From positions 12,586,001-12,650,000 of the forward strand of contig OZ316776.1 in NCBI GenBank assembly GCA_973851085.1: a DNA stretch of 64,000 nucleotides, read 5' to 3'. Numbering within the stretch: the first letter of the stretch is position 1; every line of letters begins with the position of its first letter. Origin of the DNA: Ptychomitrium polyphyllum (lineage: Eukaryota). The position numbers and the translations under genes were made by a program. The notes beneath the pieces were generated by a model. It was not told where the DNA came from, ran no database searches, and saw only the letters and a program-made list of their open reading frames with translations. Positions 40,001-54,073 of the stretch are shown piece by piece.

Positions 40001-43000
40001 CGGAAGTTGCAATATACTGTACTGCGATTGCTGTGCAGACGGACATGGAGGAAGCTAAAAATCAAGAGATCGCGAAGTTGCAAGGAGCATTACAAGAACA
40101 GTTGATGCAAGCGCAGAAAGCCAACTCACAGCTTGCAAAGGAGCTTGAAGATAATAGAGTGGCCCTTGGCCAAGCCGCTCAGGTTATAAAGGAAGTGCCT
40201 CCTGTGGAAGTGTTTGACGCTAAAGTGAAAAAGCTCACGGAAGATAACGAAAAGCTGCAGGTATGCTGCGCAAACCAATTCATCAGTGTTCTTCTTTGGC
40301 TCCGTTGCTCTGTTGTGTGATGATAGTGAATGTTGGATAAGTTCATCTGGGTTACGATCACAAATAGGAGCAATACTCTGGCCTGCGACATTTACCCAAT
40401 GGCGTTCTGCTTTGTGGTTTGTGCAGGCCCTCCTGAAGTCCTTAGAGAAGAGAGCATCAGAAGCCGAAGAGGACTTTGCGAGAGCTAAACATGAAAGTGA
40501 GGAGAGCCTTAAAAGAGCTGAGCAAGCAGAAACCAAGATCACTGAAACACAAGAAGCTCTCCAAAGGTCTGTTTTGCAATCCAGTGCCTGGCTGAGTTTG
40601 GGTGCTCATCTGGGCCGTTTCTGGGCTATCGGGATGTGACTTCTGTTCATTTGTGCAGAGTGTCGATCTTAGTCCGGCTATTGCGCAACATTGTAGGAGT
40701 TGGCTATGAAGTTTTGGTGTGTAGAATAGACATCTGAGTGTTTGCTTCGGCACAGATTGGAAGAAAAGCTGGCCAACATGGAGTCCGAAAATCAAGTTCT
40801 TCGGCAACAGACCCTTGTATCATCACCAACCAAGGGCTTGTCGAACCGATTCAAGAGCACAGTGTTTCAGGTGAGATACCATGTGACATGGTGATCCTGT
40901 CTCATTCTCATGTGAAGTACGCGTATGTACTGGTTTTGGTGTCCTTCGCTAGGTTGAAATCGGCTTAGTTTCTTGAAGTTCTTAACCCTTTTCACGATCG
41001 GTGTATGCTCGGTATCTTTCATTTCTCAGCCCTTCCAGAACTGCATCTACAGCTAAGTCGTGTCTTACATCAGACCATCTCTTCCGCCAGGTTTTGTGTG
41101 TATGTTACTAACATGTGTGCTGTACCCCTTCCGTTACTTTTTTCAGAGGACTCCAGATAATGGCTACCTTGCCAACAATGACCACAGAGAAACTCCTCGT
41201 TCAGTACCGGTGAGGAGTTGATTTCTTCGCTGCTTGTCATGTTATGTGTTGTATAGGTTCCAGCCGGATTTTCTTACGTATCACAATTTATGCTCTTGGC
41301 TTTGCATAAAACTCCCTAGATATTCTGTGGAAGAGGTTGATTTTCGTTGTTGCATCGTAATCAGCGGGTGGAGTTTGTTGTTCAGTTGGAAGGACCAGGT
41401 TGGACTTTGGGTTACTTCATGTTCGAAGAGTAATCTCAAGTTTTTCTCTGTGTTTGCAGGAGTCGCCGAACACAGCCCAAATTGAGAGGGAGCATAGTGA
41501 GGCTGAGCAGAGGCGCCAGAAATTGCTTATTGATAGACAACAGGTAGGCTTTAGTCGGTTGGTCGATCGTTGCCGGATATTTGTTAGACAAGGCTTAGAG
41601 TCGAATGTGAAATCTCATGCCGGCCATCTACGGATGCTAGAGCAGAGTGTCGTTTCCAGTATCTTCGCGTACTGTGCAAACGAGAAGGATCAGACACCGG
41701 ATTGTATGATATCCTTTGTGGTTTTTAATCTGATACTAAGATTGAACCACTTTCCAGACCTGATTTTACTTGTGCAACTGTTCGTGCAGGAGAATCAAGA
41801 TTCGTTACTGCAGTGTGTCATGCAAGACGTTGGCTTCAACAACGATCGTCCAATTGCCGCTTGTATATTATACAAGTCCTTGCTCCAATGGCGTTCTTTC
41901 GAGGCAGAGAGGACTAATGTCTTCGATCGAATCATTCAAACGATTGGCACTGCTATCGAAGTAAGTGGAGTATCTAAAATGCTGCGTGAGTTGTAGTTCC
42001 TAGGATCTCAAGCAGTTCTCGATGAGAGCACTCCTCGACGCATGGTCAACCCTAGATTCATCATTTATTGCAAGTTTGTCGCATCGGCTGAAACCTGGTG
42101 CGGTTCCCTCCCAGTGTCGAACGGCGTGCCTTCATTGCCTCTGATGAACTGCAGGAAAAACATTCTGTGCTCCGAATCTGAGTCAGCTGACCCTTATTTG
42201 GAAACGACTTTATTTAGCAGGTTCTAACTAAAGAACCTGTTCATTTGCAGACTCAAGATAACAATGATGTGCTCGCGTACTGGCTGTCCAACACCTCTAC
42301 TCTGCTATTCCTTCTGCAACGGACTCTTAAAGCCAGCGGAGCTGCAGGGGGTGCTCCTCAAAGGCGACGCTCTAATTCTGTGACACTGTTTGGGAGAATG
42401 ACGCAAGTAAGTGACCGATCTGCTGAGGCTGAGCAACGTAATAATGACGTTTGCTGAATCTCTACACGATTGTACATTTCTAGGATCTGTTTAGTCGGGT
42501 TGACCAGATTTCAGTTAGAACTCTATGTTTCCACTATCATTCGTGTGTAGAATGAAGGTTCTGACCTTTCAGAAGGGCTATCAGGGGTTCCGAGCGTCTC
42601 CTACCCCGGGTGCCGTCTCATTCGCGAATGGAGGCATCATGGGTGGATTAGATATGTCGCGGCAGGTTGAGGCCAAGTATCCTGCCCTGCTATTCAAGCA
42701 GCAACTCACTGCGTACGTAGAGAAGATCTATGGCATGGTCCGGGACAACTTGAAGAAGGAGATTTCACCTCTGCTTGGGCTCTGTATCCAGGTCAGATGG
42801 TGTTTCATCCTGCTTATTCGTGTACCGAGCGTACAAGTTCAAACGATTCAGTGATGTTTGTATCCCATGAGGGATTGCTGTAGTCCTTAAATATGAAGGT
42901 GCAATTTTCAAGGTGTTCCTTCTGTCCGCCTCTTTGGTGTCATGCTGACGGAACCTTCCAAAACTTTCTGGCAGGCCCCGAGGACATCGAGGGCTAGTCT

Positions 43001-44914
43001 AGGCAAGGTGTCAAGGTCGCCGAGTTCGAGCGTAAGTGCACAGCAGACACTCAGCAGCCACTGGCACAGTATCATCTCCAGCCTCAGTTCATTGCTGAGC
43101 ACCATGCGCGCCAACCATGTGAGCCTCCGGATCTGCGTGTTTTTCTGTTCTGTTGAAGCCTTTACTTTTCCCGCAACTTCTCACACATGATTCAGACAAG
43201 CACAAGGTAGTGCTTATATTTATAGCCAGCTCTGAGTTGTGACGTGCTGAATGCAGGTCCCTCCGTTCCTTGTTCGCAAGCTCTTCACCCAAATCTTCTC
43301 GTTCATCAATGTACAGCTATTCAACAGGTCAGGCCTTTCTGTGAATGGTGACTAGATGCCGAAGACGATTCTTTTTCTTCAACTCTATTTCTTCGAAAAC
43401 TCATCATATACTCTGGATCAAGTCTGTGGCGTCCTTGAGTGAGTCCCTGACTTCTGGAGTGAAGTTTGCTGTGCCAATCTAAGCTTTTGTACGGGGATCG
43501 TGCATTGGGTTCATTGCAGTTTACTTCTGCGGCGGGAGTGTTGCTCATTCAGCAATGGAGAATATGTGAAAGCTGGACTCGCAGAACTTGAGCACTGGAT
43601 ATATGAAGCTGGGCAGGAGGTACCGTCCTTAATGTGTCGAGCAATACAGAGTTCATCCATCAGCACTTGCATAGGGTTTTGATTTCGATTCCGGTTTATT
43701 TATAGTCGATGTGTTTGATGGGTTCGTGGGCTGTCCACCTTCATTCGTCGATTCTACAGTTTGTCGAACTGATCCGTGTTGTCCGCAGTATGCTGGAGCA
43801 TCATGGGATGAGCTGAAGTACATTCGACAAGCAGTTGGGTTTTTGGTATGTGCTTTCTGTCGTCCACTTGGGCATTACCTAGAATGGAGTAATACATGTT
43901 GGTTGACAGTGCTCTGGGTTTTGATCCGTGAACGTTCTCCGAGCTAACCTCTCGTAGCATCAGAATCCCGTGTTTGTCATGAATGGGACTGTTGGAGTGT
44001 GGGCCAGTTTGTTAATCTCAATTCCAGAGCTTCCGAGTTACTTCGCTGATCGTACAAAACGTCTCGCTGCTTCTGATGTTCTGGGGCTGGTCGGACAGTA
44101 CTTCTCACTCAAAATGCTCTTTTGCAGGTCATTCATCAAAAACCGAAGAAGTCGCTTGATGAGATCACCCACGATCTCTGCCCGGTAAGTTGACGGAACG
44201 TGCTGAGAACATAATCGGCAGTGGGCCTCGCTTCGAACGTGTTTGGATTGATAATTCGTGATGTAGTCAAGATCGGGAGAAGCGCATGATTACTGACGAT
44301 CATTGCTTTCCGGCAGGTGTTGAGTGTCCAGCAGCTATATCGTATTAGTACCATGTACTGGGATGACAAGTATGGTACCCATAGCGTCTCGCCGGAGGTA
44401 AGCTTCCGTTGTGTGTCATAACTTCTCCAAGAATTACATCATCAGCCGTTGCTTTGTTCCGTGAGGAGTCACTTCATCCTTTGAGCACTGACTCATGTCT
44501 TCCACTTATAGGTGATTGCGAACATGAGAGTTCTAATGACGGAGGATTCTAACAGTGCTGTCAGCAACTCCTTCTTGCTAGACGACGACTCTAGGTATGA
44601 CCAAAACCTCAGGTGATCGACGGTTGATCCATGATGATATGTGCACGTTCTGTTTGTTAAGATCTCATCTTTGCTATCACATGTTTGACCTTGGCGAGCA
44701 ACGTGGACTGCTGTATTATGTACACTAGGAACAATGCTTTTCAACTCAGAATATGGCTACTAACAGTAAGTGTTTTGTGTGCTGCAGTATCCCATTCTCC
44801 GTAGATGACATATCAAAGTCAATGCCCGAGGTTGACATGGCTGAAGTTGAGCCGCCACCTTTGTTGAAGGACAACGCTGCCTTCCACTTTCTAATGCCAC
44901 AACCAGATACATAG
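31015..44914 (+). CDS. myoXI: Class XI myosin (SH3-like N-terminus, motor, 6 IQ motifs, coiled coil, DIL/globular tail), 39 coding exons
   Basis: ATG-only first exon (31015-31017|gtgagt) and exon 2 at 32306-32434. Motor motifs [18 protein letters not shown]-loop [37 protein letters not shown] and [19 protein letters not shown] are present. IQ exons lie at 38587-39417. Tail motifs [10 protein letters not shown] and [13 protein letters not shown] are present. Stop TAG ends at 44914. Confidence 0.97.
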
Positions 44915-46806
44915 TTTACTTGTAGCTGCGGTAGGTCTAGAATTGGTGATTGAACATTGTAGTTAGAAAACGTCGCAGCGAATATGCTGCATGGACCCTT
45001 GATTGTCGATCATCTGTAACTTCTACCCTGGTAGCTCTTTCCCAGTTGCTTTGTAGAGTTGTTTGCTCGACTCTGGGTTTACTCGATAGTTATAGAAGAT
45101 TAATGTGCTGGGTGAGCTGTATCTTGCGTCCCTTTTGCCGAGTTTTCCATATTTTGATTCTTTCAGTGGAGTCTGCAGTAAAATTAATACCAAAATTGGT
45201 CTTTGTAATTGCCACCCATTGGTTACTTTTTTCAAATCAATATGAAACGTTACACTGTAATTTATACTGATCGCTTATTTGCCTCCCACTTTCTCGTTGT
45301 GCAAGTCGTGTTCCTTTTTTGATTGTCCGTGTTTACAAAATATGTGATTAATAATATATATATTGATATTTTGTAGTTATGGATAATATTATAGATTTTT
45401 GTCAAATGGCTTCTGGAATTCAAAGAGATAGAGAATTTTAAGATCATTTTAAAATCAATGAAAGTATGATTTAAATTTATTCCATCTTAATTGTCTACTT
45501 TTTAAATGTTGAATGAAAAATGTTGAGTAAAAAATGTTGAAGTATTACTTTTAATTGATTGCAAATTAAATGCTTTAAAAATTAATGTTAGAGAAAAAGT
45601 AATATTTATAATGGATTTACTATACAAATATGATTTACATGTCTACATCAACAACTTGAAAACTTACAAAAGCCTTTGCTTTTAGTTATTAAGATGAATG
45701 CATGTATTCCATGAAGGCTCCATTTCTATATCTTACTTTAGGTTTATATCATTACAAGAAAATGCAAGCATCTACTTCATAAGTAATATGGTTAATTATG
45801 AAAGTATTCTAAACTCATAGTCTGATGTATACTTGGTATTGAGATTAGATTACATATTCCTGATTATAGGAACACCTAATTTTAGAATTCAACATCTATG
45901 ATCATTTTTAAAAATCAACTTCTATTTGAACTTTATTGATATACACTCTTCATAACATTGCCAATCCAATGATACTATTTTCAATGAAATGTATGCAAGT
46001 ATCCGGTATTAGTCTGAATGTACAAATTGAAGGCTGGCACCGAATTGAAGGTTGACTTAGACACGACAACGCATCAAACATGATAAAAGAAATGTTAAAA
46101 CATTCCAGCAATTGCAAAAATGTCTTGATCAACCCTAAGTTATAGGAGTGGTACAATGTTGATATTCAAGTCTACCTACCTTTGTATTAAAAATGCACCA
46201 TGTTACATTCTTACTGATTTGGAGACATGGAAAAGATGACATGTCATTCAAATTGTAGTATACTGAAATTGTTTTTGAACTACAATACAAGACCACAGTT
46301 CCACCGTGTCTGCAAACAAGCATCTATACACAACACACTGTTTTCCCCTCATAGTTCCACCCATATCAACTTTTTTCTCAAGGTCATAATTCTGTACAGA
46401 AGAAAAAAATACTCTCAACAACGACAGAGATATCAAAAGATACTCATATCACAGGTCATGTATCCACATCGTTAGTAAACATATCCATGTTCCCTGAAAT
46501 GACCTTACATCCTATACGATTACTGTAGTGGCACTGTTAGCGTCAAGCAAAAATGGTGTAGCTAAAACCCACGGAAACGGGTCCCTCCACGGTGTACTGT
46601 GAAGGGCCCCAAGGCTGAAGCGGCAGTAGTTCCGCTCCTCTCCAGCCAGGACCGGCACTGCAAAGCTCCGGCCCCGCCAAACTCGTGCCTTGGCCGTCGC
46701 TTGCCTTGACTTCCCTCTTGCTTGCTGCACTGCAAGCAAGTTGTCGCTCTGTTGCTCCACTTATCTTGTTTCTACAGCTGTTTTTGGTCTCTCTCAAACC
46801 AGTCTC

Positions 46807-46969
46807 TTGCAAGCTCCGCTGCAGCTGCACTCATTTTGTCTGAAACAGGCTCTTGTAAGCTCCGCTGCAGCTGCACTTGTTTTGTCTGAGACAAGCGCTT
46901 GCAAGCTCTGCTGCAGCTGCGCTTGTTCTGTTTCAAAGTGTCTCTTTGCAAGCTCCGCTGCAGCTGCAC
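46807..46969. repeat. Tandem repeat, 46-47 bp period, 4 copies, directly upstream of the RsmD ATG
   Basis: A ~24-bp core ttgcaagctccgctgcagctgcac (with minor variants) starts at 46807, 46853, 46899 and 46946. It contains the palindrome tgcagctgca. Confidence 0.9.
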
Positions 46970-46977
46970 CGACAGCC

Positions 46978-49900
46978 ATGTCGTCCACATTGCTCTCTCC
47001 ATTGCCATCGCCATGCGCGCGTCTTAACTCTGCACACACTCCACTGCCTGCCTGCTTGCACACGCGCCACAGCTGCGGCCATTCTGCTGCCACCTCTGGC
47101 GCTCATCTCGTGCTTTGCGCTGCCTCTCGCCGCCATTCGGCCTCGTCCTGTAAGCATTCTCGTCCAACTGCCTGGGTTCACTTGGTTCAGATTCTGCAGT
47201 GTTCATTTGGCGATGCTCGTTACTTGGTGCTTTACTTTCGAATTGCGCGTGGATGTGATGCTGGTTTCTTGAATCGTTTTTGGATGTGTGTGCATGAGTA
47301 ATTTCAGCTGACAAGAGCCCGAGCAAAGGAAGGAGGAAGCGGGCTGATGTGGTAGTAGAGGAGGAGGTTTTTAATGTTGATGATGGCTGGAAGATTGACT
47401 TGGATTCTACTGAGAAGGCAAGGTGCTTGTTTGTTGTTGCCCTTTTAAGGATTTTGTGAATTGGTGGTTTTAGGGTTCAGGATAGAAGGGATTTTGTGAG
47501 TAGTGGTAGTTGGCAATGTAGAAGGTTGGGTTTCGTGGGATGAGATGTAGAGTTGGCGGTTTTCATTTTGTTGAATATATCGGTGATTACTTTTTTGTCT
47601 TTATAATTAGAAATGATTTTGGGTTCTTTCTGTCTACGCGTAGCTGTGAAAGGAAATCACGGAGTTTTGCAAAAGTTGCTTTAATTTTGAAAGTTGTATT
47701 CTGGAATACTTCGCAGCAGTTGGCAGATAACGTTTGTTGTGTATTAATAAACGCTTCATTCTAAATTGTGAATGTGATGGGAAACAGATGCTGGAAGTAG
47801 CCGGTGTGCAGGTTCCCGTGCGTTTGAGGCAACAATTAGAGCAGGAGAGGCAGGTTGTTGTAGAAAGAACACATCGAAGTGCGGTTGCAAGTAAAGTGGA
47901 GGATGCCCCCAGGCTCACTCACAAGTTGTTAAGAGTACTTTCTATTCACTTTCAGCTTTGGGTTACCAGCCGGTTCCTTAGTCAATTAATCATTAGCCTC
48001 AGTTCGGAGAGAGCCCCTTGAGTAGGTTGTTGAAGTGACCTTGTGAAATCATACTCTGAGCTTTTGAATCTTCCTTAATGTCGTCTTTGATCATAGTAAA
48101 GCATGATTATTTTTTGGATTGAACCCTTGATACTTTGATATGCACGGTCATATTCGTATCACGACGCTCACTGGCTTCTTTGGCACGGAAGCTGTTTTTA
48201 ATGGCCGTGGCAAGCCTCACCTTGTGGCAGACGCGCTGGATCAGCTGATAATGCAAGTTACTCATCTAGTTGAGCGCGACTGTTTTTACCCATGCGGATG
48301 CATTCTGAAATTTTTGGGTTTCATCTGTTAGGTGATGGCAGGTAAAGCGGGTGGTAGAAAACTAGCATCACCAGCAGACCTAAATGTACGACCGATGATG
48401 GAAGTTGTTCGTGGGGCAGTGTTCAACATATTACAGGTAGACCTTACTAACGTATTCATCCATGCGTCACAACAGGGCCACAAGAAGTCAAGTAATTCTT
48501 TTGTGAACTCTAAGCCATTCTGCTGAATTTCATTTTTGTGTTTCAGGCACTAGGTGGATGCTCAGCTCGCCTGCCACCTGGTCGGTGGTTGGACCTTTAC
48601 AGTGGTACAGGATCAGTTGGGATTGAAGCACTTAGCAGGGGTTGTGAAGCGGTATGGATTTTCTACCTGTGCAATTTGGCAATCGAAGCCGCATAAGTAA
48701 CCTGATAAAATAGAGATTTATGTGTCATTACAGTGCTTTTGTTGATTTTTGATAGCAATTGAACTTGTGCCGGGCGTGCAGAAAGTCTACAGATATTCAT
48801 GTCGGAAGGTCCTTTTCAAGTTCAAGTGACGTTACTACTTGTAGTTCAGTGATGATGGTTATGACTTTGGCGCCAAATAAAGGCTCTTGTCTCCTTCGTT
48901 CTTTTGTAGGCTCATTTTGTGGAGATGGATCCTTGGGTTGTAGCTGAAGTGCTGGACCCCAACTTAGCTGTGACTGGCTTTCAAAGCCAAGCAGTTGTGC
49001 ACATCTCTCCCGTGGAAACCTTGTTGGAGCAGGCAGCTCAGAATGGTGGTATGCTAGTCGTCCCCGATGACGTCCCTGATATTCACGTCGCTTGTATTTC
49101 TACTTAGTTATTTTTCGGAGAATCATATGTTGCCACGAAGCTAATGTTTCTGTTTTGTTCAGATTCAAGAATTATTCAAATGGCTGTTGTATGTACCTGT
49201 TTTGATAGTACTTTTGGTTGAGTCATCATCGGTGTGGTGCCCTTTAGATTGACTAAAGTGGAATTTGTGTCTATAAAGCTGGCATTTTTGGGGGCAAATT
49301 CGACTACATAAGTGTAACACCCCCTTATGAAGCGGTCGTCTTTTCAACCCTCATGCAGCAACTCTCTGCGTCTCCACTTCTCAAGGATGACACATGTATT
49401 GTAAGTTGCACAATCGCCTGTGAGCACCTCCACGTCTTTGAGAAATAGTTCTAAAATACACTTATTCTGCCATGTCGTAGCAAGTAGCTATCGTACGATA
49501 TTAAGGAAACTGTTGGTTTGTATTCTGGTATTGATGCTTTGGTTCTGGAGCGTGAATCCTGGCAAGAGGCCTTTCTGAACGAGAAATGTAGGTCTAACTC
49601 CATTTAATGTGTCGTTTAGGTGGTTGAGTATCCAATCAAGTCCAAGCGGGAGATGCCAGAGACATGTGGACCACTTGTGAAGGTATTATATCCTTTTTCT
49701 TTTGTTGTTCAAGTAGTCTGGTATTCTGGAATGGTGTGCTTCTGACTCATAGCTCCTTAGGTTGAAGTTAGTTGTCTTATGCATTATGTCTTATGTGGCC
49801 TTTGGGTATTTAAATATTTAAATGGTTCCAAATTTTCAGAGATAAAATGGCTTGCTCATCTCATCTTATCATAGGGCTAATGCTATCAATTTATTGCCAA

Positions 49901-49980
49901 TCCTTGTGCAGATAAAGGATAGGCGATATGGTCGAACTCATGTAGCCATATATGGACCCTTGTGGGCGAAAGACGATTGA
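46978..49980 (+). CDS. RsmD: RsmD/YhhF-like 16S rRNA methyltransferase, probably plastid-targeted; exons 46978-47149, 47308-47417, 47788-47934, 48332-48436, 48547-48651, 48910-49048, 49279-49400, 49620-49682, 49912-49980
   Basis: GRKLASP..VRPMMEVVRGAVFNILQ, SAM-binding WLDLYSGTGSVGIEALSRG, AHFVEMDP, FDYISVTPPY, VVEYP and DRRYGRTH. The N-terminus is Ser/Ala-rich like a transit peptide. All exon phases are compatible. Confidence 0.92.
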
Positions 49981-51521
49981 AGTGTTGCAGCTTCGATTAT
50001 TCCAGTCGCTGATCCCACGAATCAACATAAGCAGTTCAAAACAACATATTTTATATGCAATTTAATATTAAACACAGAGTTAGATTTTGAGATTTTCGAT
50101 GAAACATTATAGCATCCTTTGGAGTTCAACCTTTGAGCAATTTCCATACTCTCAAGCCCGAACAGGTGAAGGGTTAGGCATACACACGAACATGTTATGA
50201 AACACACTTTGATGTTGGATACAAGCAAAAGTTACAGATGGTGACTATTACATCAATGACGTGTCCTCAATCTCAACACAGCGAAATTGATTTTGCTTTC
50301 TCTAAAATCCTGTAAAGTACATATTGTAAAAGTGATTTTATGAGATATTTGTTAATATTTTGATATATCGTTTTCAATTGTTTCCTACAAATAATTGAAA
50401 ATTTGACGTTTCTAGAATTTATATATTTCAAGTATGTGAAACACGTTTCTTTTTTTGAAGCCCCCGCGACCGCCTCCTTCACCTCGTGAAAACGCCAAGC
50501 AAAGATGAACTCTAAAGAGCAGCAAGGCAGTGACGGCTCACTCGAGGGTTGGAAAAGAACTGATCCGCAAAGTTGGTGCCACGTTAGGCAGCTTATTAAC
50601 GGCTCTACGGTTTGCGCTTCAGCTGCAGCCAGAGCTGGTCATTGCAGAAATTCCTTTGTTCGGTACTATGCGAGTTGATGCTAGTTTGTTCAACTTGTGT
50701 TGCATCAGGTGAAGGTGAGATGTTGATTCATAATGTTCATCGTGAGTATTTCTGTGAGCTGCTTCGGGTTTGGCTGAGTTCGCTCTTGTTGTGGAATTGA
50801 TAACTTTGTGTAGAGGAGACTTGCAGTAAAATTTATGTGTTGTATGGATATGCATTGTGTTAATATGGCGACAATGCTACATTCGTCCAAACTGTGGTTG
50901 CTTGAGCTCATGTTCGTCAAGCCTTTATTTCGTTTTCTTCATTCGCAATGTCAGACGTTCGTGGAACATGCATAGCTGAATACATTTTAGATACACATTG
51001 TGTATACTATGCATTTTATTGGACATACTGGCGGTGCTGACTAGATATTTCTAAACTCTCATTGGTTTGAGCGTGACTCAACTCAATTGACACTGATGTG
51101 CTGGTGAGCGGTTTTACAACATGCATGATGACTAGAATCTGGCACATGCTTCGAGGTGCAAATTTTGGAGTGTGATAAAGCAAAGCATGACAAGTTTCGG
51201 GGAATGAAAGCAAGCCAAACATAACAAAGAGAAGATTCAGGCTAATATGTAGAAATAATAAACCACTGGCTCCAGACCACTGCAATTTTCTGATGACATC
51301 GTTTAATAGCCGAGTGTTGGCTCGATTTTCTTTTCTGTATCCAAACTACCATCTCAAGTAACATCGGAATGAACTCTGGTTGCAGTAGATTGAGTCGTAG
51401 TCTACCTCTGACTTACTCATCCTCCGGAAAACCACAAAGGCTTACTACAAAAAATAGGGGAGGACATGGGTTAATGTCCCACGATTGGGTCAAGAAAGAT
51501 TCGTCTTAAAAAACCTTCCTT

Positions 51522-54073
51522 TCAGTACTTTCCTTTCAAGTAACCAATCACGCTGTTGACATCCTTGTCACCACGGCCACTGCAATTGATGACTACTCGG
51601 GTGCCGTCTGCAAGTGTGGGGCAAAGCTTTTCCAAGAAAGCTAGGGCGTGGGATGTCTCAAGCGCCGGGATGATGCCTTCCAGTTTGGACAACCTCTGGA
51701 ATGCTGCAATATCCACAGAAAGCCAACAAACCGTCAGTGGGATTGCCGAGGACAGAAGAGGAATGCCAAGGATCTCCGAATAGACTGAAAGGAATTTGGG
51801 AGAGATGCTTTCGATGACAGTCGTATAACAGTCATGATTTCGATATTCCATTTTGACTCTCCAGTCAATATTCCTACTCACTAACTTGATCTTCTGTCTT
51901 TGTAAATCACCTCCAGAAAGGCAATCGATAGAAAAGAACGTAATCAAGCCGCAGAGCCTTTCACCATGCAGGTGTGAACAGATTTTGTCAAACTCTCGGT
52001 TCTGTCAGCTACCTTCTGTTAAATACTCTGTAGCTTATTAAACTTTTGACAAACATATTAAGTAACCACAAGCTGAAATCAACCATTAAAACGCGACCAG
52101 ACTCAATATAATTACACGAAGGTTCAGGTGAAATGTCAATGAATGTTTTCTTCTTACCTTCAAGGGCTTCATCGTCAGTCACGCTGAAGTATTCAGCTCG
52201 ACCCAAGTCCTTAAGGAAACTGTGCTCTGGGCCAACACCTGGGTAATCCAACCTGGCAACACAAACTCTCATCAGAATCATATGATACAACGTGTGTTAT
52301 TTGATAGATGCACAGTTCGTCCCGATGAAATAAGAAATAGATGTAACAGAAGTCCAGGCTCCTAGGTACACTAACTAATTCTATCTACAAGGCGGTTGAG
52401 AGGATGAGGGCTCATGAATTTATCCAGCAATCTAAGCAACAAAATCTAAGTAACAAATGCATAAACTCCGCAAAATGTCCAATTCACAAACTTCTGCTAT
52501 AGTGCTTACCCAGCACTTATGGAATGTGGCTCGATAATCTGACCATCAGCATCCTGGAGCAAATAGCTCATTGCACCATGTAAGACACCGATTTCCCCCA
52601 TGGTTAAAGTTGCAGCATGCTTGTCAGTATTGATACCAAACCCAGCTGCTTCCACACCAATTAAACGAATCTTCTCATCTTCAATGAATTCGTGGAACAA
52701 CCCCATTGCATTAGAGCCTCCCCCTACGCAAGCTAGAAGAACGTCAGGCTTGCCACCCCATTTCTCCATTGCCTGACGTCGAACCTCTGTCCCAATCATG
52801 GCGTGAAAATCTCTCACAATCATTGGGTAAGGGTGCGGTCCGGCAACTGAACCAAGAATGTAGTGAGTAGTTTCCACATTCGTGACCCAGTCGCGAATAG
52901 CCTCAGAGGTTGCATCTTTCAACGTAGCGGTTCCAGAATTCACAGGACGAACCTGCAATCCAAGCACAACTCTCATGAGATAATGCACAATCACTGTCTA
53001 GACTCTAGTATCAGACATACAGAGGCATCAACAGGTCACTCAAATCATATCATCTACCAATCAAAACACACTCTCTAAAACACCGAAATTGCGTTCCATG
53101 TAAAATACTTGAGAAGATACTAAATCCTTCTTCCCTAGAGGTTTCATGGGAGCGTCCCTAGAAAATATGCTACTCAAAATGCATGTTTACAGCAGCAAGC
53201 TCAGTTGTCTACATTTCAGGCTCCCTACCTCAGCTCCAAGAAGACGCATCCGGAATACATTGAGGGCTTGCCTCTCCATATCCTGAGCACCCATATACAC
53301 AATACACTCCAAGCCAAAGCGGGCGCACACTGTAGCTGTAGCCACACCGTGTTGGCCTGCCCCTGTCTCAGCTATGATACGTTTCTTCCCAATACGCTTT
53401 GCCAACAAAGCTTGAGCGATAGCATTATTGATCTTATGTGCGCCAGTGTGATTGAGATCCTCCCTCTTTAGATAAATTAGCGGCCCTTTTCCGTCAAGTT
53501 TGTAATGCTCCGTTAGACGTTCGGCAAAGTACAAAGGAGTTTCCCTGCCTACATAGTCCTTAAGTATAGCATTAAGCTCCTTCTGAAAGATCCAAAGACA
53601 TCATCGTAAGCTCCAGCACCTGCATATCAATGCGAGGGAGAGAGACAAGTATAGATAATACAGAAAGCAGAAAGATGACACACCTGGAATTCGGGATCCT
53701 TGATTGTTGCACGATATGCTACCTCCAGATTGGCAAGAGCAGCCATGAGAGTCTCAGGCACGTACTTACCTCCATACACGCCATACCTCCCAAACGAGTC
53801 CGGGCGTTCAAAACCCTTGTAGGTTCGAATATCATCTTGATCCCTGGTATGCACATCCTCCGCAAGGGTGCAGCGCACTTGAATGTGGGAACCTGACGAC
53901 TCCTTCCCGGAAGCTAGGTCACGTGCCAACACGCAAGAAGCTCCGTTCATGGAAGAAGATAGAGCGCTCATCTGTCTCACTCTAGCGTCCTTCAATGCCC
54001 AGGGTTGACGTACCACTTGACATGAAGCAATGGAGCAACTAGCTTGGGCTGGTGCCATTGCCGCCATGGCCAT
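51522..54073 (-). CDS. TSB: Tryptophan synthase beta chain, plastidic; exons 54073-53684, 53582-53229, 52952-52510, 52252-52158, 51703-51522
   Basis: PLP-lysine motif [16 protein letters not shown], plus [40 protein letters not shown] and [19 protein letters not shown]. The start ATG choice is inferred. Confidence 0.97.

Noticed and set aside
46807..46969. CRISPR-like repeat/spacer appearance
   Set aside because: The linkers are short and similar to one another, there are no cas genes, and the context is eukaryotic. It is a minisatellite.
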